Origin: Candidatus Latescibacterota bacterium
GTDB taxonomy: Bacteria; Latescibacterota; UBA2968; UBA8231
Length of the DNA stretch: 64,000 nt
Direction: 5' to 3'
NCBI GenBank assembly: GCA_965248265.1
Contig: CBDFJF010000001.1
Coordinates: 2,880,001-2,944,000, forward strand
Part shown: in pieces, positions 1 through 10,268 of the stretch
Numbering within the stretch: the first letter of the stretch is position 1
Layout: the number at the start of each line of letters is the position of its first letter
Made by a program: the position numbers and the translations under genes
Notes under the pieces: model-generated
Seen by the model: only the letters and a program-made list of their open reading frames with translations
The model's database searches: none
What the model was told of the DNA's origin: nothing

Positions 1-1579
1 GATCGGACGACGCATCCAGCTGACCGTCAGCCCCAATGGTCACCAACTGCACCAGCGGCCGGCGCGCGAACGGGCTCGGATAACGGACGATGTCATGCCC
101 CTTGGCCGCCAGTGCCTCTAGTACATCAGAGCGCACCCCGCCTTCTGCCCACACAGTTGAGCCCTCCCCGTACAGGCGCGGAGCCAGCACGGCTGTCGCC
201 GCCGGCATGCCGAAATCGACGACGTTGGAAAACACCTGCGCCATGCCACCGAGAATGGTGTTGCCGCCGGGCGCCCCGAAGGCGACGGCGGGGGCACCAT
301 CTTTGAAGGCAATGGCCGGCATCATCAGATGCAGTCTGGCTTTGCCGGGCGCGAAAGAGCTCGCTCTGCCCGGCTGTGGATCGAAGCGGTTCATACCATT
401 GTTGTACACGAACCCGAGTCCGGGGGTGACGACACCGGAATGATTGCCCAGGGTGTGGGTGATCGATGCCACGTTGCCGGCGGCATCAACGAGAGTCAGG
501 TGAGTCGTGTCCGTTTCCTCGGCGGGTGGTGGTTTGGCGCCGACGGCGCCCTCGCCCACCAACTGGCGCAAGGTGTCGGCACGTTGCCTCGATAGCAGCA
601 CCTCGCCCGACCCTTCGCCGATCACTTCCGGGTCACCGAGGTAACTACGGCGATCCTCGTTGACCAACTGTAGCGTCGAAGCCAGGATGCTTGCGTATTC
701 GACGCCGCTGTGTTCCATCGAGCCCAGGTTCGATCCGTCCAGCGTGTTGAGAACCTCGATCAGCAGCGGTCCGCCACCGGGTGGGCCGTCGGAGAACACC
801 TCGTATTCGCCGTAGTTACCCTTCTTGGGGGCATAGGTCTTGGCCTGCATGGCACGCATGTCGTCGTCGGTGACGAAACCGCCGTTGGCCTGAATGTCGC
901 CGGCGACTTCACGGGCCAGGTCCCCCTCGTAGAACTCTCGCGGCCCCTTCGTGGCCACGCGTTCCAGGGAGTCGGCATAGTCCGGGTTGCGCAGCACCTC
1001 CCCCTCCTCCAATGGTGTGCCGTCTTCTGTCAGAAAGATCGCTGCGCAGGCATCGGTAGTGGTGATACGCGTGTGGAAATCCGGTTCGTGCCCGTCGCCG
1101 CGAGTGTCCCGCATGCGGGCTGCCATGTCCGTACTGACCGTGAAGCCCTGCTTCGCCGTGCGGATGGCCGGCTGCAGCAGCTCCGACCATGCCATAGTAG
1201 CGAAGCGCTCGTACATGGCCGCGAATCCTGCCACGGTTCCAGGGGTGCAGATGGACGTATGCCCGATCGTGCTCCGGTGATCGTCGAATATGCTGGATCC
1301 GGAAACGTCCGCCTCGCCCAGATGGTCCTGAACCCACATGTCCTCGCTCACCAGTGAACCGGCGCGCATGTAGCCGTCGACGATGACGTGCTCGCGTTTT
1401 TCCGCCGAATACAGATTAGCCGACATCATGCCGCCCAGGCCGCAGCTGAACGGCAGTACTATCATTTGGGTGAAAGCGGTCGCTATCGCGGCATCGAACG
1501 CATTGCCACCAGCTTCGAGCACCATTGCGCCCTGTTCCGCTGCGTGGGGATGAACGCAAACCACCACTCCCGTGTTCAT
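1..1579 (-). CDS. ggt: Gamma-glutamyltransferase family protein (3' end runs off the window)
   Basis: Manual minus-strand translation, not in the ORF track: MNTGVVVCVHPHAAEQGAMVLEAGGNAFDAAIATAF...PFSCGLGG, PGTVAG, catalytic TTHLTLVDAAGNVASITHTLG, SGVVTPGLGFVYNNGM; ATG at 1579. Confidence 0.9.
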   Translation of the reverse strand, partial: MNTGVVVCVHPHAAEQGAMVLEAGGNAFDAAIATAFTQMIVLPFSCGLGGMMSANLYSAEKREHVIVDGYMRAGSLVSEDMWVQDHLGEADVSGSSIFDDHRSTIGHTSICTPGTVAGFAAMYERFATMAWSELLQPAIRTAKQGFTVSTDMAARMRDTRGDGHEPDFHTRITTTDACAAIFLTEDGTPLEEGEVLRNPDYADSLERVATKGPREFYEGDLAREVAGDIQANGGFVTDDDMRAMQAKTYAPKKGNYGEYEVFSDGPPGGGPLLIEVLNTLDGSNLGSMEHSGVEYASILASTLQLVNEDRRSYLGDPEVIGEGSGEVLLSRQRADTLRQLVGEGAVGAKPPPAEETDTTHLTLVDAAGNVASITHTLGNHSGVVTPGLGFVYNNGMNRFDPQPGRASSFAPGKARLHLMMPAIAFKDGAPAVAFGAPGGNTILGGMAQVFSNVVDFGMPAATAVLAPRLYGEGSTVWAEGGVRSDVLEALAAKGHDIVRYPSPFARRPLVQLVTIGADGQLDASSD

Positions 1580-1765
1580 TGCCGAAAACCCCGATTCGGT
1601 TGGAACGCCCGTTGGCCTGGGCACGTGACGTGTCTATCTCAGTTGAGCGTTGACGTGTCGTCGTGCACAAGCGTTAGTCTGTGGCTGAATTTGGCGCATC
1701 TGCCGCATCAATGCACATGCCCCGTGCACGTACCCATGCCCATCCATTGTGGAGGCAGGCTCTCA

Positions 1766-2962
1766 GTGAACCCGAACACCCACCCATTGGCCCAGGGCTT
1801 CGCCGTCGCCCTGCAGGTCCCCGATCACACCCGCTTCTTCTTCCACGACCCGAACATGGGGCGGCTGGATGACGGGACCCTCTTCATCGCAGCCCCGCAG
1901 TGGCCGCGCGACCGTGACCAGCCGGACTACCTGTTGAGGATCACACGCTCCAGAGATGGCGGCCAGACCTGGGAGGAGCTGCCCGGCCTGCCGTACCAGG
2001 AGGGCATCCCATTCGTCCTGGACAACCAGCTGCTCATGTTCGTCCAGGAAAAAAGCCACCGCGATGTGCAGATCGTCGCCAGCGATGATGACGGGGCCAC
2101 CTGGACCGATCCCGTCACCGTCATCGAGGGTCCGCTGTGGAATATTTCGACGGCCCGCCTGGTGCGCTCAGACTCCGTGTTCTGGGCCATGGATTACGAT
2201 ATGCCGAAACGCATGTACTCAGGCAAGGTCATGATTCGTCTGGACCGCGGTCAATCCGCACTCGATCCGCAGGCCTGGAGCCTGTCCAATATCGTGGACC
2301 CTCCGGAGCTTCCCGACCTGCTCACGCGCGGCCTCTATCCGCACGGAAACACCCCCGACCTGACGACCAGCTGGTCGAACAAGCTCGTCCTGCTCGAACC
2401 CAACACCGTCGACGTCAACGGCCGCATCCGTGTCTTCACGCGGGCCATCATCGACGAGTACGCCACCGCGCACATGGCGGCCGTGTACGACTACGACGAA
2501 GAGGCCAACGAGCTGACCTTCACCCAGCTGGCCGCCTGGCCGGGCGCGCAATGCAAGTTCTTCGTTGTTCCGGATGAAGAGCGCGCCATGTACTGGATGC
2601 TCAGTAATCTCGTCACGAATTCACAAGATCTGTTGGGGTGGGGTAGCCGCATGCGCGAAACAGGCTACCACGGTGGACCGGGGAACGAACGCCGCTGGCT
2701 CTTCCTCCATTACAGCATCGACTGTCTCAACTGGTTTCCGGCCGGTTGCGTGGCATGCTGGCCGAACGAGCCGAAGCGCAGCTTCATGTACCCGAGTGCC
2801 GTCGTCGACGGCGAGGATCTGGTCGTTCTCTCGCGCACGAGCCGCGACTCCGGCGATCAGCATGACGCCGACCTGTGCACGATCCACCGGGTTGAGAGCT
2901 TCCGCGACCTCGCCATGGATCTGCACGCCGGCGGATTGCACGAACACGAGAGACGATCATGA
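1766..2962 (+). CDS. BNR/Asp-box (sialidase-like) beta-propeller protein
   Basis: Asp-boxes SRDGGQTW and SDDDGATW; GTG start at 1766 with GGAGG upstream (the track ORF is over-extended from 1388). Confidence 0.75.
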   Translation: MNPNTHPLAQGFAVALQVPDHTRFFFHDPNMGRLDDGTLFIAAPQWPRDRDQPDYLLRITRSRDGGQTWEELPGLPYQEGIPFVLDNQLLMFVQEKSHRDVQIVASDDDGATWTDPVTVIEGPLWNISTARLVRSDSVFWAMDYDMPKRMYSGKVMIRLDRGQSALDPQAWSLSNIVDPPELPDLLTRGLYPHGNTPDLTTSWSNKLVLLEPNTVDVNGRIRVFTRAIIDEYATAHMAAVYDYDEEANELTFTQLAAWPGAQCKFFVVPDEERAMYWMLSNLVTNSQDLLGWGSRMRETGYHGGPGNERRWLFLHYSIDCLNWFPAGCVACWPNEPKRSFMYPSAVVDGEDLVVLSRTSRDSGDQHDADLCTIHRVESFRDLAMDLHAGGLHEHERRS

Positions 2963-4344
2963 ATGACCTCCTCTCTCGCTCCGCAACCGCCCAGGCCGCG
3001 GCCATCGTGCAGCAGTCGGTATCTGCCGAGGAGCTGGTGAGCGCTCACCTCGAACGCATCGAAGAAGTCAATGACAGACTGAACGCCGTCGTCCAGTTGC
3101 GGGCAGAGGCCGCGTTGGACGAAGCCCGTGCCGCGGATGCCGACCTAGCGCGCGGTCACCTGCGTGGCCCCCTGCACGGTGTGCCGATGACGATCAAGGA
3201 CTCCATCGACACGGCCGGCGTCATCACCTCAGCCGGCACCCTGGGACGGGCCTCCTTCATCCCCGATCGAGATGCTACCGTTGTAGCCCGCCTCCGTGAA
3301 GCCGGCGCCATTCTCCTGGGTAAAACCAACACGCCTGAGTTCACCTTGGGGGGAGAGACCGACAATCTCGTCTACGGTCGCACCAACAATCCCTACGATC
3401 TCGACTGCACACCCGGAGGCAGCAGCGGTGGTGCCGGTGCCATTGTCGCCGCCTGCGGTGCAGCGTTCGATGTGGGCAGCGATACCGGAGGCAGTGTGCG
3501 GTTGCCTGCCCATTACTGCGGCATCTCCGGCTTGAAGCCCACTTCGGGACGTGTGCCAAGCAGTGGACATGCCGTTGGCTGTGATCTGGGGCCGCTGAAT
3601 CCGCTGACGCAACTGGGCCCCCTCACCCGCGACGTCGAGGACCTCCAGCTAATCCTGTCGGTTATTGCAGGTACTGACGGGCGTGATCCCTTTGTGGTGC
3701 CGATGCCGTTGGGCGATCCGGAAACCGTCGAGCTCAACGGATTGCGCGCTGCCGTGTGCACGGACAACGGCATCGTTACTCCGGATGCCGAAGTAACTCG
3801 GGCCGTCCACAAGGCTGCCAGAGCATTATCTGAGATTGATGTCACAACAGAAGATGCATGGCCCTCACAAGCCACGGAGTCGACGCGGATATGGCACGCC
3901 GTCCTCGTCGCCGATGGGGGCGCCTGGGTTCGCCGGCTCCTCGCCGGGGCCGGCACCGCGGAGGCGCATCCGATGGTCGCTGACCGGTTCTTCGGGACAG
4001 ATCCGATCTCTGCTCCCGAATTCACCGAACTGCTGAGTGATTGGGACCGGCTGCGCAGTGCCATGTTCGAGTTCATGGCCGGCTACGACATCATCATCAG
4101 TCCGCCCAGTGCGTACCCGGCGGCGCCGCACGGAGAGCTCAACGCCAAAGGGGACGGACACACCTATGCCCGCATCTTCAACCTCACCGGCTGGCCGGCC
4201 GTCGTCGTCCGGGGGGGAACTTCGCCGGAGGGCCTGCCGATCGGGGTGCAGGTCGCCGCACGGCCCTGGCGTGAGGATGTTGCCCTGGCCGTGGCCGCTC
4301 ACCTGGAAAAAGCCCTCGGCGGGTGGCAACCCCCGCCGCTGTAG
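2959..4344 (+). CDS. Amidase signature family protein
   Basis: GVPMTIKD, GKTNTPE, PGGSSGG, GSDTGGSVRLPA (Lys-Ser-Ser triad); ATGA overlap with the upstream gene. Confidence 0.92.
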   Translation: MNDLLSRSATAQAAAIVQQSVSAEELVSAHLERIEEVNDRLNAVVQLRAEAALDEARAADADLARGHLRGPLHGVPMTIKDSIDTAGVITSAGTLGRASFIPDRDATVVARLREAGAILLGKTNTPEFTLGGETDNLVYGRTNNPYDLDCTPGGSSGGAGAIVAACGAAFDVGSDTGGSVRLPAHYCGISGLKPTSGRVPSSGHAVGCDLGPLNPLTQLGPLTRDVEDLQLILSVIAGTDGRDPFVVPMPLGDPETVELNGLRAAVCTDNGIVTPDAEVTRAVHKAARALSEIDVTTEDAWPSQATESTRIWHAVLVADGGAWVRRLLAGAGTAEAHPMVADRFFGTDPISAPEFTELLSDWDRLRSAMFEFMAGYDIIISPPSAYPAAPHGELNAKGDGHTYARIFNLTGWPAVVVRGGTSPEGLPIGVQVAARPWREDVALAVAAHLEKALGGWQPPPL

Positions 4345-4358
4345 GCACGTGACGCTGC

Positions 4359-5177
4359 TTACCCGCCGTAAACCTTCGCCGTCACGTCCCGCAGGTGAGC
4401 GATGGACATGCGTATGCAGTCTTCGTAGCTCGACTTGTTTCCCTGACCTTCGAAGCAGATGCACAGGGCACCGTTGTAGCCGACGGCGTGCAGGATGCGC
4501 AGAATGCGCTCGTGATCCAGCCATATTTCCTTGCCGGTATCGATCTTGTAGATCTTCGAGCGCACGGAACTGGCATGCGGGGCGGTCTGGGTCATGTACT
4601 GGTAGATGTCGACATCCGGGTCGAACTCGCCGCGCGGATCCGCGCCGATCGAACCCCACCATTGACCGGTGTCCATGATGTGGGTCGCGTTGTCCCGGTT
4701 CACCATCTCCAGCATGCGCAGGATGTCCTCGCCGCGCGGCGCGGCCGGCGGTGGGTGATTCTGCAGGCCGATGAAGATGCCGCGTTCGGCCGCATAGTCG
4801 GCGACTTGCTGGAACGCCGCCGCACTCCGGGTCCATGTCGATTCGGGATCCGGATCGTCGAGCTTGGGACAGCCGCTCATCAGGCGAATCAAGGGTGCTC
4901 CGAGAAACACGGCCGCATCCACGTCTCTCTTGTCGTTCTCGACCCTGGTCGCGATCTCTTCATCGGTTCCTGTATAGCCACCACCCGAACCGAGATAGCC
5001 GATTGGCAGTCCGGCCCACAGTGCCATCTGCTTGATCGCCATCAGGCCTTTCGGGTCTCGCGGGAAACCGCCCACGTGGAAATCAATCATGTCCAGTCCC
5101 AGCCGCCTGGCAAAGTCGACCTGCCATTCCAGGGATGAGTCGGGCCGTTCGCGTGCCTGCATACTGATCTTCAACAT
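4359..5177 (-). CDS. Sugar phosphate isomerase/epimerase (xylose isomerase-like TIM barrel)
   Basis: AVFLGAPLIR, GIFIGLQNH, MDTGQW, GYNGALCICFEG pattern. Confidence 0.8.
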   Translation of the reverse strand: MLKISMQARERPDSSLEWQVDFARRLGLDMIDFHVGGFPRDPKGLMAIKQMALWAGLPIGYLGSGGGYTGTDEEIATRVENDKRDVDAAVFLGAPLIRLMSGCPKLDDPDPESTWTRSAAAFQQVADYAAERGIFIGLQNHPPPAAPRGEDILRMLEMVNRDNATHIMDTGQWWGSIGADPRGEFDPDVDIYQYMTQTAPHASSVRSKIYKIDTGKEIWLDHERILRILHAVGYNGALCICFEGQGNKSSYEDCIRMSIAHLRDVTAKVYGG

Positions 5178-5189
5178 GGTTGTCCCTTT

Positions 5190-6620
5190 CTATAGCTGCT
5201 GTCTTCCGCCCAGTTGACGGTAGAGGTCGACGTAGACCCGGGCCACCGATTCAGAAGCACGGAATGAGCGCATCGGCCAATAGCCGAAGGCGTCGTGAAT
5301 TCGAATGTTGGAGTGAATGAAGTCTTCTGCCGGTTTCCCTACCATCGGTGCGTTGGGGTTATCAGGTCCGCACTCGTTGCTGGCAACGATGAGGTTGCCC
5401 TTGGTCTGCGGCCCGGCAATATAGCTGCCACCGCCCGCGTTCACATTCATGTAGAAGGCGTGGGTGTCGAAGGTCGATTCGCGAGCCTTGTCCTCGAATC
5501 CGCTGACACTCCCCTGCACATCACCACCGCTGGCCGGATGCAGCACCAGCCGGCAGCCGAACATGACCGGCAGCGTCTGCAACTCGGGGTAGCGGCGGTC
5601 ATGGCAGATGTGCAGGGAGACGGGCACCCCCTTGATATCGAACTCATTGATCCGAAAGCCGTGCCACATCTCCTGCTCCGCCGAGTGCACCTTGCGCGAT
5701 GTGTGCAGGATCTCGCCGTCGGGATCGTAGGTGCGCGAGCCGATGTAGCGCGTCTGCGCGAGGCCGTGCCCGGGTACCGCTTCCCAGACCGGCAGGCCGA
5801 CGATGACGAAGGGAGCACCAGGCAGGTCACGGATGAACTGTCGCAGCTTGTCCTCGGCTGCCTTGATCGGGCCGGGCTCCCGGGTTCGAGGACTGGTCGG
5901 GTACAGACCGGTGAGCGACGTTTCCGGAGTCACCAAGAGCTCGACCCCCGACTCGGCCGCCAGACACAACCCCCGGCAGATCGATTCCAGATTCTGTTCG
6001 ATTGAATCGATGTTGAGCACCTGGTAGCCGCCCAGGTGCAGGTACTCCGGCACACTCGATGGTGTACCCCGATGCACAAACTCCTCTAGCAGCACTTGCG
6101 CCCCACTCACCTGCACCCGCACCCCCATTTCTGGCAGCAGATCCTGGTCTTCGATGGCGAGAATGCGGTCGCCGTCCATGAACACGGCCACGTCAGCTCT
6201 CTTGATCAGGTCGCCACGGCCTTCGGACTTTTCGATCAGGATGGTATGGGATTGTCTCCCTGAGGACAGCACGGATTGATGGACCGTGGCCACCGGCTGT
6301 TGCAATCTCCAATCGCTGGTCCAGAAGGATACGGTGCCGGAGGCGAAATCGAGTTCGACACGGGCGTGCTCGTGTTGATCGGCTTCGAACCCGAAGCGGA
6401 GCCAACCCGTACTCGGTTCGGGAGTGTGAAAACGCAGCTCGATACTGTCGCCGTTGCGGGTGTGGACTCCGCGGCCTCGCAACTCGACGATCTCGCCCTC
6501 CGGGGGCGACAGGATGGCGCCGTCAGGAGTGATCTCCAGCCCGGCGTTACCCGCCAGCGACAGCTGCCAAGCGTGGTTAGTGCCCGTGAACTTGGTCTGA
6601 TCGAGGATCTCACTCATCAT
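5190..6620 (-). CDS. Carbon-nitrogen hydrolase (nitrilase fold) with an extra N-terminal beta-rich domain
   Basis: Catalytic E-K-C in LLVTPETSLTG, RKVH, ICHDRRYPE; about 190 aa unrelated N-terminal region. Confidence 0.8.
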   Translation of the reverse strand: MMSEILDQTKFTGTNHAWQLSLAGNAGLEITPDGAILSPPEGEIVELRGRGVHTRNGDSIELRFHTPEPSTGWLRFGFEADQHEHARVELDFASGTVSFWTSDWRLQQPVATVHQSVLSSGRQSHTILIEKSEGRGDLIKRADVAVFMDGDRILAIEDQDLLPEMGVRVQVSGAQVLLEEFVHRGTPSSVPEYLHLGGYQVLNIDSIEQNLESICRGLCLAAESGVELLVTPETSLTGLYPTSPRTREPGPIKAAEDKLRQFIRDLPGAPFVIVGLPVWEAVPGHGLAQTRYIGSRTYDPDGEILHTSRKVHSAEQEMWHGFRINEFDIKGVPVSLHICHDRRYPELQTLPVMFGCRLVLHPASGGDVQGSVSGFEDKARESTFDTHAFYMNVNAGGGSYIAGPQTKGNLIVASNECGPDNPNAPMVGKPAEDFIHSNIRIHDAFGYWPMRSFRASESVARVYVDLYRQLGGRQQL

Positions 6621-7671
6621 CGTCAGGATTCCATATGGTCATGGCAATGTGCTGCTCTTCGTGCTCTACAGTAGTGAAGTAGTAGACGCTGACGATTTTG
6701 CCGTCCGGCCGCACGGCCGATCGGGGATACCCCAGGTCCCAGGTACGGCCATCGTCGCGCAGAACGATCTCGTCACCCCAGGTCTGACCCTCATCCGAAC
6801 TGAGTCGCGCCCGTATTCCACCATCCACTTGCGCTCGGTAACCGTACACGACCGCCAGGCGCCCGTCCGCAAGCAACACTGTGCTCGGCGGATTGCCATT
6901 GTGCGCAATGTGCGCGTCCTGGGTAGCGGCTATGCGGCTGAGATGGCGCCAGCTGACTCCCTCATCCGTCGACTCCACCGCATCGACCCAGCACTGCTGA
7001 TGGCCGTGGTCGCTACGCCGACGCAGCGCGGAAACCAGGATGCCGGACGACAGCCTGACCGTAGAAGGCATGACCGAGCGAGTCTGCTGGTCCTCGGGAA
7101 GCATCGCAGACAACACCTCGAAGGTCTTGCCTCCATCACTGGTGCGAGCAGCGAGCGCGCGGTCGGGCAAGCTCGTCGATGCCATGCCGTCGGGCCGGTA
7201 GGAAACGAAGAAAAGGGCCTCGTGCCGTCCCAGGACATGGTAGTCCGTGCGTGATGTCAGAATGCCGCCCAGATCCAGCCCTGTCAGTTTGAAGGGCCCC
7301 GCCCAGGTGTGACATCGATCACTCGACACCAGGATTTGTCTTCGCCGGCATCGGATGGCCAGATCCGGGTGGGTAAAATCGATGGGGCTTTCCAGGGAGG
7401 CTTCCTGCGTGTCGGGCTGTTTCTCACCGAAGGCTGGCCCCTCGGGAAAGTTGTCGGGCTCCTCGAGCTGCCAGCTCTCGCCCGCGTCCAGACTTCTGCC
7501 AATCACGCAGACCTGGGGTGCCTCTCCGTCCACGGAATGATTGTCTGTCTGCTCACGGTACCTACCCCGGGTGAAACCGACGGCGATCTCCTCACCCCAC
7601 GTCCAGATGCCACAGTTAGCCGGCCAGGCATAGAACACGCCGGGATCGTGACGGACGATCAGATGCCGCAT
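6610..7671 (-). CDS. BNR/Asp-box (sialidase-like) protein
   Basis: Asp-boxes SLDAGESW, SSDRCHTW, TSDGGKTF, STDEGVSW, SSDEGQTW; DLGYP motif. Confidence 0.85.
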   Translation of the reverse strand: MRHLIVRHDPGVFYAWPANCGIWTWGEEIAVGFTRGRYREQTDNHSVDGEAPQVCVIGRSLDAGESWQLEEPDNFPEGPAFGEKQPDTQEASLESPIDFTHPDLAIRCRRRQILVSSDRCHTWAGPFKLTGLDLGGILTSRTDYHVLGRHEALFFVSYRPDGMASTSLPDRALAARTSDGGKTFEVLSAMLPEDQQTRSVMPSTVRLSSGILVSALRRRSDHGHQQCWVDAVESTDEGVSWRHLSRIAATQDAHIAHNGNPPSTVLLADGRLAVVYGYRAQVDGGIRARLSSDEGQTWGDEIVLRDDGRTWDLGYPRSAVRPDGKIVSVYYFTTVEHEEQHIAMTIWNPDDDE

Positions 7672-7685
7672 CGATCCTCACCCAC

Positions 7686-9125
7686 CTATGCGTACCAGTC
7701 GTAGATGCCCGGACCGGTGCGCTTGACCATCTCCGCAATCTGCTGCCGCAACTCCTGCACACGCTGCTGTTGGGCGTTGTCGCCAGCTAGGTTCGCCATC
7801 TCGTCCGGATCATTATCGAGATCGTACAACTCGTCTTCGTCGGTGCGATTCCACACGTACTTCCATGCCCCGTCTCGTACCATCACATGCGCGGCCAACT
7901 CCTCCGGTTCCTGGGTCCTGCCCGTGATCGCCTGCCAGGAAGCGATCTCGGCAAACACAGGCACCTCATCGGGCTCTTCGCCACAACGAATAGCGGCGGC
8001 GATGCTGCGCCCGTCGATCTTGTCTACATCGACCTCGATGCCGCACAGCTCAGCCAGTGTCGGCATCAAGTCGACCCCACCAAGAGGAGTGCGCATGCGC
8101 TGACCGGCGGGAATGCCTGCCGGCCACGACAGCACACAAGGTACACGCACCGAACCTTCATAGAGAACAACCTTGGTGGTAAAGCCGTGATCCCCCAGCA
8201 TCTCGCCGTGGTCGCTGATGAACGCGATCACCGTGTTCTGCCGCTGGTCGAGCTCCTCCAGTCGCCGGACCAGCCTGCCCACCTGCGCGTCGATGTGGGA
8301 TACCAGGGCATAGTAGTGGGCCATCATGCGGCGGAACTCAGCTTCATCCACGTCCACGCACAGACGTCCTGTTCCCAGATGCTGGGATGCCGGCTTGCCC
8401 TCCAGCGGATCTGCCCAGGTGGAAGGCAAGGCGATATCCTCCTCCGGGTATAGCTCTACCCACTCCGGCGCCACGGCGATCAGCGGGTGCGGGTCCTTGA
8501 CGCTCAGAAACAAGAAGTAGGGATCATCGCCTGCACCTTCGATGAACTCGATCCCCTGATCGACCGTCCACGTTGTCCGTTGCTGTCGCGGATCGTCAAG
8601 CGTCGCGTACGGCATGTGATAGCCGGGATCGACGACGCCCTCCTTGCTGGTGTATACGTTGATGATGCCTTCGCTTTCAAAGTAATTGACGAGCCGGTCA
8701 GGATTGCCCTCACCCTGGTAACGGTAGGTGCGCCAGAAGGACTCGAACCCGTGTTGGGGCCGATGATCATCCCCCAGGTGCCAGGGACCGGATATGCCGC
8801 AATCGTACCCCGCGGCATTGAACAGATCACCCAGTGTTGGACACTCGGCGTGCATCTGCGCCCAGAGGATCTTCTTCTTACCCCCGGCATTGACCAGTTG
8901 GCCTGTGGCATGTGGATAGAGCCCCGTCAGCCAACTCGCCCGCGCCGGCGAGCACACCGGCGAGGCGCAGTAGGTCTGCTCGCACAGGACCCCACTCGTG
9001 GCCAGCCGATCGAGATTGGGTGTATGCAGCTGGTTTTGAATCTGCTCTGATTGTGCAAACCCAGCACTGTCGTGGCGCATCTGGTCGCACATGATCAGAA
9101 TGAGATTGGGTCGGTCGCTTGCCAT
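7686..9125 (-). CDS. Sulfatase (formylglycine-dependent)
   Basis: RPNLILIMCDQMR, CSPARASWLTG (CxPxR), SDHGEMLGDHG, ELYDLDNDPDEMANL; ATG at 9125 preferred. Confidence 0.92.
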   Translation of the reverse strand: MASDRPNLILIMCDQMRHDSAGFAQSEQIQNQLHTPNLDRLATSGVLCEQTYCASPVCSPARASWLTGLYPHATGQLVNAGGKKKILWAQMHAECPTLGDLFNAAGYDCGISGPWHLGDDHRPQHGFESFWRTYRYQGEGNPDRLVNYFESEGIINVYTSKEGVVDPGYHMPYATLDDPRQQRTTWTVDQGIEFIEGAGDDPYFLFLSVKDPHPLIAVAPEWVELYPEEDIALPSTWADPLEGKPASQHLGTGRLCVDVDEAEFRRMMAHYYALVSHIDAQVGRLVRRLEELDQRQNTVIAFISDHGEMLGDHGFTTKVVLYEGSVRVPCVLSWPAGIPAGQRMRTPLGGVDLMPTLAELCGIEVDVDKIDGRSIAAAIRCGEEPDEVPVFAEIASWQAITGRTQEPEELAAHVMVRDGAWKYVWNRTDEDELYDLDNDPDEMANLAGDNAQQQRVQELRQQIAEMVKRTGPGIYDWYA

Positions 9126-9204
9126 GGATGAAAGAATAGCCGAATCAATCACCACTCGACAGGTTGTCGATTGCGCTCCCCGTTTTTCGTACCCTACATC
9201 CAGT

Positions 9205-9233
9205 GTGAGTTACTGATGTGAGTGAGTTACTGA
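9205..9233 (+). repeat. 12-bp direct repeat GTGAGTTACTGA x2
   Basis: Copies at 9205-9216 and 9222-9233, at the 5' edge of a sulfatase fragment. Confidence 0.7.
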
Positions 9234-9541
9234 CAAACGCCGAGGGCGATCACGCCACCCGCATGGTGCGCGACCAACGCCACAAGCTGATCTACTACCC
9301 GGTGGGCAATCGCCTGCAGTTGTTCGACCTGGCAAGGGATCCACGCGAAGAGCACAACCTGGCAGGCAGTGCCGCCCATGCGGATATAATTGCGAATTTG
9401 GCGACCGAGCTTGTGAGCCGTCTGTACGGTGACGACCTGACGTGGGTCAGCGACGGCAAGCTGGTTGGAGAACCTGACCGCGAGGCGACTCCGCCTCGAC
9501 ACCGGGATCTGGCAGGTCAGCGGGGAATCCGGTTCGTGTAA
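9218..9541 (+). pseudogene. Sulfatase C-terminal fragment
   Basis: RMVRDQRHKLIYY...QLFDLARDPREEHNL is a sulfatase C-terminus; the catalytic CxPxR region is absent. Confidence 0.75.
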
Positions 9542-9562
9542 GAGACGACGTTCAGTCGCCCC

Positions 9563-10258
9563 CTACTCCCGCTTGTCGAGCGGCACGATGGACTTGGCCT
9601 GCGGATGGTATCCGATGGCTTTGCGGCCGTGCTCGACGTCGTACAAAGGCCAGTCGCTGTCAGAGACGCCGAAGACGCGCTCGTGCGTGCCCCCGGAATG
9701 GTTTATGGCCGCTTCGAAGACGGCCACGCAGTCACCGTGGGTGAGACGGTGAGGGTGGTCAGGCACATCCGGTTCGTCTGGGTCGACGCCGCCGATGCGG
9801 ATGGAGACCACGTTCATGCCATAGCGCGACGCGTACATGTCACCGAACCCCTCACCGAGCAACTTCGTGAGCGTGTAGTAGGAATCCGGGCACGGAAGTA
9901 GATCGGCCGTGCGTTGAACCGAACGCGGAATACGTGAACCGGGGAAGAGACCGGCGCGGCTGGCAAAAGCGATATGCTCAACACCGTTCTGCCGAGCCGA
10001 TTCGAAGACATTGTAGGTTCCCGTCATCGACTGCAGGGCCTGATCCCATTCGCTGCCGACGTTGATCAGATGTATGACCGCGTCCATGTCTTCCGTCACC
10101 TTGCAGACGGTATCCCAATCGGTGATGTCGCCGATAACCGTATCCTGTAACAGCGGCATCTCCTTCATGTCCAGGCCACGCAACTGGTAGCGGTCCTTCA
10201 AGCCGTTGGTCAGAACGGTGCCGATCGTGCCGGCTGCACCGGTTATGAGCACTCGCAT
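9563..10258 (-). CDS. NAD-dependent epimerase/dehydratase (uronate dehydrogenase-like extended SDR)
   Basis: MRVLITGAAGTIG, FASRA, YTLTK (YxxxK); ATG at 10258. Confidence 0.85.
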   Translation of the reverse strand: MRVLITGAAGTIGTVLTNGLKDRYQLRGLDMKEMPLLQDTVIGDITDWDTVCKVTEDMDAVIHLINVGSEWDQALQSMTGTYNVFESARQNGVEHIAFASRAGLFPGSRIPRSVQRTADLLPCPDSYYTLTKLLGEGFGDMYASRYGMNVVSIRIGGVDPDEPDVPDHPHRLTHGDCVAVFEAAINHSGGTHERVFGVSDSDWPLYDVEHGRKAIGYHPQAKSIVPLDKRE

Positions 10259-10268
10259 GATATTCCCC

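Noticed and set aside
1388-1765. N-terminal extensions in the ORF track (also 10259-10465, 57221-57646, 59685-59831, 48700-48741)
   Set aside because: They overlap neighbouring genes or an attC site; downstream starts fit the RBS and family N-termini better.
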